A stretch of 64,000 nucleotides of DNA from positions 41,170,001 through 41,234,000 of the forward strand of contig NC_087251.1 in the NCBI RefSeq assembly GCF_037042905.1, read 5' to 3'. This stretch comes from Lytechinus pictus. Its lineage: Eukaryota. Numbering within the stretch: the stretch's first letter is position 1; each line of letters opens with the position of its first letter. Below are positions 50,291 through 64,000 of this stretch, piece after piece. Under the pieces are notes generated by a model. That model worked only from the letters and a program-made list of their open reading frames with translations. It searched no databases and was not told the DNA's origin. The position numbers and the translations under genes were made by a program.

Positions 50291-50862
50291 AGGAGAATGA
50301 AACCTTTGGAACAAGATAGCTTGTGTGAAAACAGAAAAATCAAAGAAACGAAAGTTTGAGAAAAATCGGACAAAAAATGAGAAAGTTATGTGCATTTTAA
50401 TATTGCGATCACTAATGCTATAGAGATCCTCAAATTGGCAATGCGGCAGAGATGTGTGATGTCATTTATGAACAACTCTCCCCATTACTTTAGTATATAT
50501 TTCGCTTAAATTGCCTCTTTTATCACATCTATCAGTAGATCATGTGTTCTTTCTATAGGAGGGCATGTAATACAGAGTTTTAAAAAATACATCATGGATA
50601 AAGAGTTTGTATCACCATAAGAAAGGGAAAAAAGGGACATTTTAGGGGTATTTTATAGTCCCTCACAGGGAAAGTTGTTTACATATGACATCACACATCC
50701 TTGTCACATTGCCAATGGATCTCCATAGCATAGTGATTGCAATATTCGAATGCTCATAACTTTCTCATTATTTGTCCGATTTTTCTCAAACTTTCTTTGT
50801 TCTTTTTCTTTGATTTTGCTGTTTCAAAACAAGCCTACTTATTCCAAAGTTTTCATTCCCCT
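50291..50862. mobile_element. Kolobok-like MITE family D (AGGAGAATGAAAC)
   Basis: TTAA TSD; long TIRs. Confidence 0.8.
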
Positions 50863-51307
50863 TTAAAGTTTTATAATACAAGATGTGAAATCTTGGACTG
50901 TCTCTTCAAAGCAAATGATAAACTGGTTTCTCAAAAATTACAGCAATAAGTTTGTGTTTGTTTTTTCAGATTAATGGCTTTTATAGTTTTATGCTAAAAC
51001 CTGTTTGCTTTAACCCTCTTCCGAATCCTAAATAATTCTGAAGTTCATCTTAATTTTGTACTCTACAAGTATTAGTTACAGGTTTTTCTGCTAATCCATG
51101 TATTAGTTATTATTCGTTACTCTGAATCCATATTGTATGTGGGACACAGTCACAGTTACTATTAACGTAACTTTGTCATCCAATGCTAAAAAATGTCATG
51201 TTAACAATGCTCAACAGTTTCAAGTTATCATTGGATTGCAAAGTGACCATAATAAGATCTTTTTAATGCTATCGTGCCTAGGTAACATAACACTTGATCT
51301 TGTTTAA

Positions 51308-51662
51308 AGGACAAGTCAACCCCAACAAAAAGTTTATTTGAATAAAAAGAGAAAAAATTAGCATTGTTTAAGACTATATGGTTCAGTCAAGTTGGTCCAT
51401 ATTGTCAAATTTGTAAAAAATGAAATATTGTATATTTCAAACAATAAAAAACAAAAGAAATACTGAGTGAAGGACATCATCGACTGTCTCATTTGCATGT
51501 CACTGAGTTGTGCATATCACTGTTTTTTTTAAAGTAAACGAAACTGTAGAATATCATAACTTTCTTATTTTACATCCGATTTTGATGAAATTTTCAGCAT
51601 TATGCTAGTTTGATGTTTCTCTATTTATTTAAATCAACATTTTCCTGTGGTGGACTTGACCT
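51308..51662. mobile_element. Kolobok-like MITE family A, internally deleted
   Basis: TTAA flanks; aligns to 33460 copy. Confidence 0.78.
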
Positions 51663-51722
51663 TTAATACTGACTACTGAAATATTTTATAAATTGAATTG
51701 TACTATAACAATTGTTATTTAG

Positions 51723-51957
51723 GTTCAGTACTGGACGAGCAGCAGTCAAACGGTCACATGACCATCGACATGGGTGGACTGGACGGACCAAGACATAGAG
51801 GGCAGCAGCAGTCCATGCAGATGGTTGAACAGCAAGATAACTACATCAAGAACCGAGAGGAGACGATGCATAATATTGAGAGTACCATTGTAGAATTGAG
51901 TGGTATCTTCCAGCAGCTTGCCCATATGGTCAAAGAACAAGAAGAGCAAGTTCAAAG
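51723..51957 (+). CDS. STX5: STX5 coding exon 7 (Qa-SNARE motif IESTIVELSGIFQQLAHMVKEQ)
   Basis: SNARE heptads; AG/GT. Confidence 0.96.
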
Positions 51958-52110
51958 GTCAGTCAGTTCCCATTAAGTACATTCCTTGACTGTTGACCTC
52001 TCTCTACTTCCTTTATCAAGTTCAGATAAATGTTTGTTTACTGGTACGATGAAAGAGAAAGGATACATGTAAAATCAGAAAATATGTTGCTACGGCTTGA
52101 TAGTCTTGTG

Positions 52111-52210
52111 CACGGGTGTCAGCGCAGAGGATTATCCTGTGTTTATGGGGGGGGGGCATCTATTTTTGCATCCCCCCAACAAAAGATAATCCTCTGCGCT
52201 GACGCCCATG
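52111..52210. mobile_element. 100-bp MITE with 26-bp TIR
   Basis: CA(C/T)GGG(T/C)GTCAGCGCAGAGGATTATC; degenerate 8-bp flanks GTCTTGTG/GTCCGGTG. Confidence 0.65.
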
Positions 52211-52971
52211 GTCCGGTGCCCTTAGCGACGCCTGGGTACGCAGTTCCGAAATTACTAAACATTTTTTAAGCGCATGTTGGACCCAAAAATGCTCAAAAAC
52301 GTTTTTCGGTGTACAAAGTCAATGTAACTTGTGTTTTTCAACCAAATATCATAAATGTATGATTATTTTTACTTTTGTTGGTTTGAATAGATTTATTTTG
52401 TTCTATTTATGATCGCAAAAGGGTCCCTGACATAGTTCATTGGAAAAAAACAAAGGTTTGAAAAAAAAAAGAAATACATTTATAAGAATTTAAAAAACAA
52501 TAAAATTCATAGGAAATTCATGATGTTTTGGCAATTTTTTTGTGATATTTGTTAGAAATTTAAAAATTGATACTTTCACCAAAATTAAGCATTCAACTAG
52601 CTATATAAACTGAGTTAAAGGCAAAATCATACACAAAAACAAATTAAAGCAAATTTCATACACTTTTCTTTGTCTTATTTGCATAAATAATAAGAATGAA
52701 TTTTAAAAAAATTGAAAATTTTACTATATTGTCTTGTAGTTTACATCCAGCTCTATGCTGGCAATCAAAGGTTAGCAATTAATCATACGGTTGACTTTTA
52801 CGAGTGATTGTACATTGTAGCCAATGGAATCAATCGTAGAAAAATATTCTATGATCATTGCTAAGCTTTGTGTTACGGGCCCCAGGTCTGAAATAATCCA
52901 GTTAAATTAGGGTTAAACCACTTAGACCATTAAGACCCATTATTTCTTTCTATTTTCTCATTCATTTGTAG

Positions 52972-53131
52972 GATTGATGGCAATGTCGATGACACAGTAG
53001 CGAACGTAGAGGCGGCCCACAGTGAACTCTTAAAGTATTTCCAGTCAGTCACTTCCAACAGGTGGTTGATGATTAAGGTATTTCTTGTTCTCATCGTTTT
53101 CTTCATAGTCTTCGTGGTGTTTGTGGCTTGA
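52972..53131 (+). CDS. STX5: STX5 last coding exon (SNARE C-half and C-terminal transmembrane anchor, TGA)
   Basis: IDGNVDDTVANVEAAHSELLKYFQSVTSNRWLMIKVFLVLIVFFIVFVVFVA*; joined CDS 1056 nt. Confidence 0.96.
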
Positions 53132-55903
53132 TGTTTGACAGCTCGTCCCCTTCCGGGATTGCTTTACGTCGCTGTTCTTACTCAGCCAGTGCCTTGGATT
53201 TCTATTGAAGCAATTTAATTTCAATTTCAAAAATAACCTTTGATATGAGACACTGGATAACTCTCTTACACATTGTTCATGTGCAACAGTGCCGATGAAT
53301 GTGAAATTGAAGGGGTATCAGGATGTCATTCACTTGTTTAACTCGTTGCCTATCAGAACTGGTTGGTTGCTGCATGAGATCCCTAGGAAGGATTCAGTTG
53401 GACTGAAAGCCATACAGCGTTGAAGGATGAAATACAGGAGCGACTGATTACTAATCCTATATATAGTCAAGTACACAGACATTCATTACATCAAGCAAGT
53501 TCCTTAGAAATGTAGTTTGCATGTATACTAGCTAAAACAAACCTTGTCATTCCATGCACTTAAATGTGCATGAACTTAAGATTGTTTAAGTATATTATAA
53601 CGTGAAATTAATTTCCAACCACAAATCTTTGCTGGCTATTGTTCTATGCCTGATCTATCTCTAGTGTAGGAGATGTAAATGGGCAGTATTACTTTTACCA
53701 TCATACACAGTGAGGGTATTGAAGTAGTATAGTTTGTCCATGATAATCGTTGATATTTGATACTGTAGTCCTCATGCATGTATGACATAATCTCATAGCG
53801 CCCTCCCTCAGAGGATATCTGAATATGCGTAAACAGAGTTGTCAGAGATGCGCCAGCTGCAGATCACCAATGCACGCAAGGCAATGGCTTCAGCCTCTAA
53901 GATGGCGGAGTGATGACATCAATGCAAGGTCTATTATTTAAGAAACTGTCAGAGCATGGGTTTGCTTGTTCTGCTATAATAACATGGTAATTTGATAATA
54001 TGATTTACTGATAATATACATTCAAGTCTCATTTAGGTCCAGTATGATATATTTTTTCCTTGCCTACTATTAATGCTGTAATTATACACTGTTATACTAT
54101 GATAGTATGAGTTTTCACCTGTTCTAAATTATTTTACCACCTTATTGTGCTGTTTCAAGTCTCATTGAGGTCTAGTATAACTTTTTATATAAAATAATAT
54201 AGTTTAAATAGTAAAATAGTTTTCCCTTGAAAACTTATCAATACTGTAATAAGAAACAGTCATAGCATAAGTTCCCAGGTTTTGTTAGAAATGTTTTTGC
54301 CATAATATGCTGAATGAGGTCAATAGGACAAAACATGAGTTTTCATGTTTTGCAATGAAGGACAATATTTGTCTTTATTCTAAATTAACTACAAAACTGT
54401 GGTGATAAATAAATAACATATTTCAAGATTTAGAATTAGCACCAAATCATCTCCAGTGATATCTGAAGGTTTGTCTGGGTTTTTCTTGGTTTCTCAGTTT
54501 TGATATATTACTTTTTATTCCAATCTCTAATTATGCTCTCAAGTAGTCCTTACCAATGAAAATTGATGTCAGTGATACCTTTACTCAGTGTAACAAATAA
54601 TAATATAAACCTTTAATTTGTTCAATATTGTTTGAACTCAAAATTTATTCATCATATTTACTTGCTGGTTTGCTGCTTGTTTTAAGACTTTCTAAGTAAT
54701 AATACGAGGTGATCTTAATATATACTTCTTGATCTTAATTTGGAGTAGAATACATCATTGTCATTTGTATGTGATTCAGCCGGAGATGTCAATAGTTATT
54801 GTTTGATGATTATGTTTACATGTTTTGAAATTGTTTCATCTCATTACCTCCCCCTCCCCCCCCCCCTCATTCCTTTCAGGAAAGTGATCTTAAGTTGCCG
54901 CCTTATGACCCAGACTTGGATGTGTGTATGAAAGAACCCTTTTTCTAAATAGTTGTATTTTTGTTTGACAGAATTGTTTCAATCAGGGTCTGTGCATATA
55001 GACTACTCCCCCCCCCCCCCCCCATTCACATGATAAGCATACATTAATGTATGGAAGAGTATTGAATGTCACTGTAGTCTGTTTAGAACAATAAAATTAC
55101 TAGGAACTCATTTCATTGTAAAAATATTGTAACTTTTTAAAATTTTGACAATTCTATGCTCCTACTTTTCCTTTTTTTTCTTAAAGCTTAAAAGCACAGA
55201 TGATTGACATATTGTGTCATTTAACTTACAGTTATGTATGGATTGATATGTTATACACATATTAACAGAGGCAGATCCAGTAGTTTAAAAATGAGTGGCA
55301 CACATTGAATTTATCAAAGGACAAAAGAGGGAGTGGGACATATCTACATCCATTTTCTCTAATGTATTAAGATAGTATTTTCACTTAATTTATTATATTC
55401 AGAAAAAGGAGAGGATGGATGCATTCTTAGCCCTTGCATAAATCTGCCGCTGTTATAATCAAAGAGATAGTTGATTTATATTGTAGTTTATGGTTTGAAA
55501 TGTATTACTAGTGCTTAGAAGTGTGCATTATTGTTTGTGTGTTTGCCTTAAATTCAAGAACTGAATTACTTGCAATACAAGTAGTTACTTGTATCAATAA
55601 TGTATAGATAAATATTGCTGAAGATATGGGAGGAGGTCATAGTTCTGAAAGCTTCCATGTTTGTGTAGTTGTGTCGTGTGTGAAATTATTGATGTTCTTA
55701 ACTAAAAAATAATTCAAATAATATTAAAAATCTTATACACATACATGTACATAGGAAAGTGCAAACAAATGATAAGAGCATTATTTTGTTTATAGTTTAA
55801 ATCCGGTTTTGCTCCCTTGGAACGAGGGCATCCAGATTCACCTCACACTTGTGCCAATCACCCTTGTGTTTTTATCCATTACTAGTTTATATGAGGTGCT
55901 TAA

Positions 55904-56454
55904 CCCTTTGAACCTGATAGGCCGGAAGACCCGCCTGAAGTGAATTTGCAAGTTCCCGGTAGGATGGAATACTGGCCTGAAGCCATGTGACTTTAAAAAC
56001 ATGGGTTCTAAATGTCAGGTGATCTTTAAAAAATGATGTCATCTTTCTAGTACGTGTAGGGAAATATTGACTATGGGGAAGCTATTGATAGATCCGACTT
56101 TAGTCAATAGCAGTGATTTTGAGCCTGAAACGGATACTAAAGTTAATATTTCTGTCGGTAGGCCAGTTGCATAAAAGTTCGACCATAGTAACAATGATAA
56201 ACAACCAATCAGAATCAAGGATTCTATGCAAGTTACCATTGGATGGCAAGTTACCATAATGGTTCCTTTCATGCAACAGGGCCCTGGTCTACAAGAAGTT
56301 AAACAACTTCAGCCGGGCCAATCCGGGTACAGCTGGGGGGAGGAGGGAGATGCCGTTGTTGCTCGAATCATGGGAGATTTTTAATGTGGTCAATATCTGC
56401 AAATAATTCAGGGTATGGGTTCTGGCTGCCCCAAATAATTTAGGGTTCAAAGAG
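55904..56454. mobile_element. piggyBac-like MITE with a nested small MITE (~56160-56285)
   Basis: TTAA|CCCTTTGAACC...GGTTCAAAGAG|TTAA. Confidence 0.7.
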
Positions 56455-59221
56455 TTAAGACATTCTCTCTATTACTTCCTACCAAATGCTCACTTTATTC
56501 AAAAATAAATCCCTTGCTAATGCTTATCAATTTAAAAACTGAGTGGAAAGTGGTAATGCAAGCTTCATCCTAGAATTGGGTTTTAAACCTTGGCCGGCTC
56601 ATTTCAACTGTACGTGCTGCATGTTTTTTGTTTTTATCTATCTTAGCTCAAGTTTGATCATCTTTTTTTATGCCTTTATTATTCACTATTTACACACACA
56701 AAAAAGATGCAGTTGGGTCTATTGTTAAGTCTATTTATGTGTTCCCATGATAATAGGGTGAACTATCTGCACAAATACCTAAGGGTATTAATGAAGGCCT
56801 TCAGTTGGTGAAAACTCCCTTCATTCGGGATTCAAGCAAGCAAAGTAATTGTTTCAGCACTTTAATGGCTGTCTATTAAACCAGAATATGCATCAGATCT
56901 CCCAACAAAATTTTGATGTAATTTGTTATGTTGAATGCTGTTCATTATATTGCATGTTTTATTTGAAATTTCAGTGGTCATGCATCTATTCATTTTGTGA
57001 ACATCTTACTTCAAGGAATTATGGAATCATGAAAAGAAGAATATTATGTTTGTATTTAATTAGTAAATTTATTCTGTTGTAAATAAGAGTTTCATTATTT
57101 TTCAAATATCTTAATATTTGTTTATGAATTAATTATTTCATAGCATTCATTATTGAATTGTAGTCAAATTGTATTTAAAGGATTATTTGTATTTTATAAT
57201 CATTGATGATATGCTGTGACATAAGCATAGCAGTAACATTCCACTGAAAAATCCAGGTTAATAGGGAAGCCTCAAAGTCGAGAAGCAACACCCCCCCCCC
57301 CCCCATCACCAACACCAACACTGGAGAGCCCTTTGCTTTGATTAAGTGCCATGCAGTTTGTCTTTATTCTCTCATATTGCATATTCAGATCTCTCTCTCT
57401 CTCTATATATATATATGCTTACATTTTTCATGAGAAGAGAAGCCCCCATTAAAAAGGGGAGACTGTACACATGTATGTTTGTATGCACATTCTTTAGTTC
57501 AAGGGCCTGAAAGGTCCTTTTTGCAGCATAATCTAAGATGTGCATCATTTTCAGCTTTTGCTGTCATTCTTTGAAAGCTCATGATTACCATTCTCTTTTA
57601 TTATGATGAAACGATTTCAAAAAATCATTCTTAAAGTTATTGTAATGTTCATGTAGCATAAAAAAAAAATCAAATAGAAATACATAATATGGTGTATTTT
57701 TGAAAGAGCTGTTTAAGGTAACTCCAATAATTTTATCTTGCTTTGATCATATTGACATTGTTTGCATTCTTGCCTGTGTAGATTATATTTCATTACAATG
57801 TACATGATTTATATGTTTGTTTACAGTATATCTGCATCAGTGATATTTCTGTAAGCTCATCCTTTGTTTAAGTGTACTAATCAACATTTCTTCTTGTGCT
57901 TTGTTTCAATTTGATCATGAATGTTATTATGTTTTGTTTTTTCATCCGGTATAAAATGCACATGCAAAATGTACATGGGGCGTGATTGAAATGGGTTAGA
58001 AATAATGAAATTCTGTAACCCTTTGGAAACAGGATCGCCCGAATCATTACATGTAACATGAGATAGCTGCATGGCATTCCTTAATACTCTTAATCATAAT
58101 CTTCATTTTTGTATTAACCATTAGGCTATTTTTAATAGGTAGTTTATAATTGTTTGCTTTTTGCACTTGTATAAATTAATCCTTTAAATCTATATAAAAA
58201 GTAGTAAGTATTTCACATTAGCAGCAAATTTAGGGTTTAATATTCATGTTCTCCCTAATTGGGGATAACTGGAAAATCTTAATCTATAATCTTATAATAT
58301 TTAAGTCATGTTTTCTTGGTTCCTTGGGATGTATTAACTTTTTTTTTTTAAAGTTCTGTTTTTCAGCTAAATCTCCTTGAACCCAACACAATTTCAGACT
58401 GCGGTTGTTGCTTGATTTGCAAGCTTGATCTTTGCAAAAGCTTATTAATTCATAGAAGATGTTCACCTTGTTGAAGAAGTAAGAATGGTTGATATTTTGA
58501 GCTATAAAGTGGATCACATATTTTGTAATGAATATTTTCTGTTGTCTTGGATACCATGCTAACGATTTTAAATACTACCATATAGTATAGAATCATAGTT
58601 ACATGTATTCAAATCTGTAAGGCTCCTCCTTAGAGATGTTACATGTATTGAAACAAGAAGAGCTATTAAGCCTGAATGGGAACTATTTCTAATGCGCTGT
58701 TAGTCATTTTCAAATCTACATAATGACAAAAAGAAGGTGATTAATTGAATTTATGAAATACATGCCTTACGAGTGAATCTGTGATAGGATCGATATTTAA
58801 ATCCCTCCCCAGCTTATTATGTTCTTTCATTTTCCTCATTTGTTAATTATTGACTTATTTTTGTTATTATTTTATATTCTTTACCAGTATAATGATGCCA
58901 TAACGAGTATAATTCACCTCAAAATATTTTTTTATTAATACCGAACAGTTGTCCGATTGTGATGTATTTCGATAATGGATGTGTTCTCCGCTACATTTCT
59001 TGAAATGCATCTTGCATGTTATATTCTTTGTGAGATGTATTACTTATGTAAAAAAAAATAATGGTAAATTGTAAATTGATGGCTTCTATGATGTATTTAC
59101 ACCTTATGTTAATATTTTAGTGTAATATATGTGAAACTCAAATTATAAAATATCTTGACCACTATCATAAAAAACGTTCTGAATGCCTTATTTCATTTGC
59201 AATGCTGAATGTTGTTGGAAT

Positions 59222-60522
59222 CAGTGGCGTAACTACGGGGGGGGGGCACGTGCCCCCCCAATCGGCTGACAAAAAAAAAAAAAAAAAAACAGGGAAAAGG
59301 AGAAAAAGAGGGAGAAAGGAAGAAAAACGTAGTAGGAAAGATGAAATTATTATTCATTTTAATGTTATATTATATTATATTATATTATATTATATTATAT
59401 TATATTATATTATATTATATTATATTATATTATATTATATTATATTATATTATATTATATTATATTATATTATATTATATTATATTATATTATATTATAT
59501 TATATTATAATTGTGTTATGTTACATTACATAAGGAACATTTTCATCATAACTTTATGAAACATACTTTGCTCAGGGCCTATGTCTTCATTGTTCCTAAT
59601 GCTCGCATTGTCTGCTTAACGAGATATATAATCCTGTTGTACTAAAACCTCCCGTTTTCAAGTCAATATACACCAAATATATATCCTTGCACTTCGAGTT
59701 ATTGTTTTATGTAGTGACATATGCTTCTTTTTCATGACTACTTAAAGTGATTGTCCCATGTTAAGGTCTTAATATAAAACATTTCATGTCCGTGATTACG
59801 TTCGCATTTGTGGATTGGTGAGAAATGTCTGCTCTGCATGAATTCCTAGAATCAGTCCTTAAAATGTCCCTTTTTCTGATCTGAATACCAAAAATTTTCG
59901 GCTCGCGCTTCGCGCTCGCATCATTTGGTTAGTGAAATACGTATGGTCTTAGTGAATTCCTACAGGCAAGCCTTAGAAATCCCCACTACAGGTTTGAATT
60001 GTCTAAATTTTAGGCTCGCGCTTGCAATATTTGATTAGTGTGATGCGTATGATAATCATCGTTAAAATGACTACAAAAAGTGCTTCATGTGTTTAGATGT
60101 AATTCTAACAAAATCAGCAAGCGCTTGGCAATCGCTTTAGATGATTATGGTAAAACATGTATACTCTTAATGGATTCCTAAAATATAGTCCTTAAAATCT
60201 CCCTGTTTGGGGTCAATATACCCAAAAATTTCAGCTCGCGCTTCGCGCTCGCATTGTTTAGCGAGACAGATATACGTATCATGATTACAAAAATTTGATT
60301 ATAATATCTAATTTTAGGTCTGAATATCAAAAATTTTCAGCTCGCGCTTCGCGCTCGCATTATTTGACCAGTGAGATACATATATCCGATCAATGGCATT
60401 GTCCTTAAAATATCTCTATTAGGACAGTATACCTGGCAACTGAGCGCGCTTCGCGCGCTCACTAAATGACTCAAAATTTTTGCTGGTGCCCCCCCAATGC
60501 CGTGACCCACGGTACGCCACTG
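59222..60522. mobile_element. hAT-like non-autonomous element, 8-bp TSD GTTGGAAT, containing (TATAT)n at 59365-59508
   Basis: TIR CAGTGGCGTA; GCTCGCGCTTCGCGCTCGCA repeats. Confidence 0.88.
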
Positions 60523-61504
60523 GTTGGAATGTTATTCTTTGGAATAATGGCATATTAATACAAGTTAGAAATGTCTATACTATGGAAGCTATAAAGTCTC
60601 CTTGATGTGGTTATAAAATATTTTACCTTCCAAGTTGACTAAATAGCTATATCATATTGACTTCATCACTTTTGATATGGTGACTACAGTATGATCCCTG
60701 TTGAATTTGGTATGTTGCCAAGTTTATTTTTTTCATTTGTAAATTGATATTGCAAAATAAATTCTCTTTATCAAATCGACTTAACAAGAAATGCTGTTGC
60801 CATGACAGCATGGGCACTTGGTGTGATACCTCATGGCATTATAATAGCAATATATTGCTCCTTATTTACATTTAGATGTATTTACAAATTATTTAGAAAT
60901 TGCATGCAGGCATAAGTACAGAGAAAATGACCTTATTAGCCTGTAAAACGTAAAATAATGATAGTCCGTATATGTCAGAATACAAAAATTGTATGGGTGC
61001 AGTCCCCAAAAAAAAATGTATAACAGGAATTGATGGGGGAAGAAGTGGAAAGTAATAAGGAGAGAAGAAAAAGGAGGAGGAGAAAAAGAAGATGATTATG
61101 ATGAAGTAGAAGAAAATATATATATATTATATAGGCCTATGTATGTGTGGTGTATATACATTCCATGATGTGCCTTTTGGTTTTAAAACCATGCTTAGGC
61201 CTTCTTTAAGCCTACTTTTTAATTGTTTTATTGCTCATATTTTTCATTTTCTTTTCCTCAACTGAGATGATGCTATGCCAACTACCTTACATAACACTAG
61301 CTCGTAGATTTAATAGCGCATGATTATTCAAAAATGCGGAAGAGCAATCTGGTTTCTTGAAACTCCGTTGCAATTAACGCTATGCATCAAGATCTTATGA
61401 TTACAGTATATGGATTATCTCATCACGCGCGCGCACGAACCGTACGATAATAATGAGGATCTTGCGATAAACAAATTGGCGGTGACGAAAAACGATCCTT
61501 AAAA

Positions 61505-61645
61505 ATGGCTCTTCATAGAAGGAACGGAACATCATTTGTGAAAGGAAGTCATAATGGAACCGTGGCGTATACCAATGGACATCATAAATCGAATGGAAGT
61601 CATTTGACAGATGAAACAGGACATCACAACTCGAGCTCCAGCAAG
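61505..61645 (+). CDS. Probable first coding exon of an unidentified gene (MALHRRNG...NG-rich N-terminus)
   Basis: Good ATG context aaaaATGG after a CpG-rich stretch; 47 codons to AAG|gtttgt; identity not determinable. Confidence 0.55.
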
Positions 61646-62099
61646 GTTTGTATTGACTGGCTATTGCCTGCTGCTGCTGCCGCCGGTTATGGGCGGGGGC
61701 ACGCCCTGCATCGCGTGCATCGACACCCCACAATAGCGACGGAACTCGGGGATGGTATTCAGAAAATTCTCTTTAAGTTTTCTTGTAAATTTTCTGATAA
61801 TAGCAGCGCTTTTAATTTGTTTTATTCAGTCACACACATGCACTGTGGTTCCCTATTTCTACCTCCATTCACTCTGTATACCCAGTGCCAGTATTGTTAA
61901 TGTCCTACGGAATTTTAAACGGCCATTTTTGTATTTTGAAAAAATAACTTAAAAAGTTAACGTTAAGTTTAACGTTATTCGTTAATGTTAAGTTTAATGT
62001 TACATTTCTAACGTTAGTCGTTACTTAGTCTACAAAAATGCAAGCAAAGTTTCATCAATTTCTACAAAGTGTTGATGTGTAGTAAATTTGCCATGTACC

Positions 62100-64000
62100 T
62101 GTAGTACCCTATATGTATTAGTTTGTGTATTAGTCTATGTATTGATCTATGTTCATGTATATTAAGTCTGTGTGTGTGCTGTGTGCATGCGAGGAGCGCT
62201 CCTGATTGGAGGAGCCTTTATATGCTCCTACGCCTGCTACGTGTGTGCGTTGCACAGCACGTACACAAGCTGGTGCAAAGGAGATTGGATCCAGACACCA
62301 CAGAAAGAAGACCCCGAGACGCCATCGAGTGTGGACATGCATCCCAGCTGTTCCCCACAAGGCGCCATGGTCTGTTAGTGTTTATAGAAGCAACATAGAA
62401 TTAGTATACCTGTTTATCTACCGTGTGGCATCGTCTGTACAAGTGTCAGGTAAGTATTAGTTGTTGTCACTGTTTTGTACCGTCGGTAACCCATTTGTGT
62501 ATTAGTGAGTCCTAACCCTTGTCAGTGTTGTACTTGTAAGTTTAACCACTCGCCATCGTTTATCGCATCGTGTCTGTGCCATCATTAACACACCCTAACA
62601 CCACAACTCTCATTTTTACAACATTGGCGATTGCGAGTTTTCGGATCGTCCTGTGCGCCTTTCATTTTCATCATTTCATGTCCGTTCATACTTCATGTTT
62701 GCTCATGAAAGTCACTTGTGAGTGATTTTGAAGTGTATAACGAACGGAGAGTGAGTGGGAAGTTTTCCGCTCTCTACCGTTAATTGTAAATTTGCGTGCC
62801 GTGATTGCGTGGGTTTACATGCATCTCGCACACATCTTGTTTAAGTTTTATCATTTTTCCGTACATGATATCATTTCTTGTTTGATACAAGTGGATTTTG
62901 ATATATATTTGCCATATCTAGGAAATTATTTCATGTCCACTACGTTGCATTTTCATTGCAAAGCACGTGGTATTCTCTGTGCACACCAAAGGTGCACACG
63001 CCCTTCATTGTTTGTTGCACTTGCATTTCTCATCGCATTCTTCGCGAGTCTCTTCTATTGTTTGGCTCGCGATCAAGAATTTTGTTCCTTGCATATTTTT
63101 GCGTCGCTTACCATCTCGTTGCTTTTGTTTGTAAATTCTTTGAAGTCTGCATCTAGGCGAGGATATTTTTAGTCCCCCATTGTCTTTATAAGCTTTCTTT
63201 CAAATTCGGAACATTCACACCACACCACTTCCAAAAAAAAAAGTCGGGTATGATCGAGTATTTGGTGGATTTATTGGATTGGAAAAGTTAATTTGAACTT
63301 GAAATTTTCTCTCGATCCTCAGTAATTATTCCAGATGGTATAAGTTTCCTACAATTTCATATTCTTGCATATCGGGCAGTGCACCAATATTTTGAGGGCG
63401 TAGAGTTGTTCATACATTTCTATAAAATTTCCAGTATATATTTTCTATCGACATTTGGCAAGTGTTTTTTGCAGCCAGTTCTGTACACATTGAGTGGCAG
63501 AAAGAGTGTTAGAAGTTCTAATACTCCTGGTTGCCGAGTTGAGTAATAGTCTGAATTTACTTCAAATATTTACCCAATGCAGATCGAAATTACACTTGTG
63601 TCGGTGGTACGTTAGAGGTGGGTTTTTCTGAATTTCAGATCTTACCTGTTACTAGAAAATAGGTGGGTTTTCTGAGCTTCGGATCTTACCTGTAACTTGA
63701 AAATATACTCTTGAATTTTGTTCTTAATCAATACACATCTTGTGAATTTTCTTTAAAGCATTTCATTCATCACATCTGATATTGTGATTGTTTCTCTTTA
63801 ATAACTGTGATTAATTGTCATTGTCTTAAATTCAATCTAAAAGTTATTGTTACTCATTGTTGCTAATTGTTCACCCACTCGGTAGAATTGTGTGTGAATA
63901 TATAGACATCTATAAATAATTCCAGTGTCAGACCCGTTGGGACTGGAAAAAATAGACGTCTGAAATATTTATGTAATTAGACTTCTGTCAATACCAGTGT
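62100..64000 (+). mobile_element. Gypsy-like LTR retrotransposon 5' end: LTR 62100-62623, PBS ~62625-62637, leader runs off the window
   Basis: TGTAGTA...TACAACA termini followed by TGGCGA; CCAAT-like and TATA-like boxes inside; no gag ORF seen. Confidence 0.6.

Noticed and set aside
53790..53930. CTCF-like and YY1-like (AAGATGGCGG) motifs downstream of the STX5 stop
   Set aside because: Short motif matches only; no functional support from sequence alone.
53132..57100. STX5 polyadenylation site
   Set aside because: Several AATAAA candidates exist; none can be chosen without transcript data.

Overview
Eukaryotic, AT-rich, intron-rich animal genomic DNA. The repeat content and gene structure suggest an echinoderm such as a sea urchin (inference). 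It contains three genes. (1) The 5' ~80% of cobalamin-dependent methionine synthase (MTR/metH) on the minus strand: 21 coding exons from ATG 40700 down to 2470, 3007 nt, with the 3' exons lying beyond position 1. (2) A complete, divergently transcribed syntaxin-5 (STX5) on the plus strand: 8 coding exons, 45341-53131, 351 aa, with both long and short start codons. (3) A probable first coding exon of an unidentified gene at 61505, followed by a Gypsy-like LTR and primer-binding site. Introns are packed with non-autonomous transposons (Helentron-associated HINEs, hAT, Kolobok-like, Harbinger-like, Tc1/mariner-like, piggyBac-like, AcademH-like), tRNA-SINEs and LINE 3' ends, often nested. The most unusual signals are: a recurring TA->TACATGTA 6-bp insertion signature confirmed between paralogous repeats, with sister octamers TAGGCCTA/TAACGTTA clustered near promoters; a 17+17 bp palindrome with an 8-bp TSD resembling a P-element excision footprint; a multiply nested SINE; duplicated splice sites in MTR; and uORFs upstream of both MTR and STX5. 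No prokaryotic system, CRISPR array or genuine RNA gene was found.
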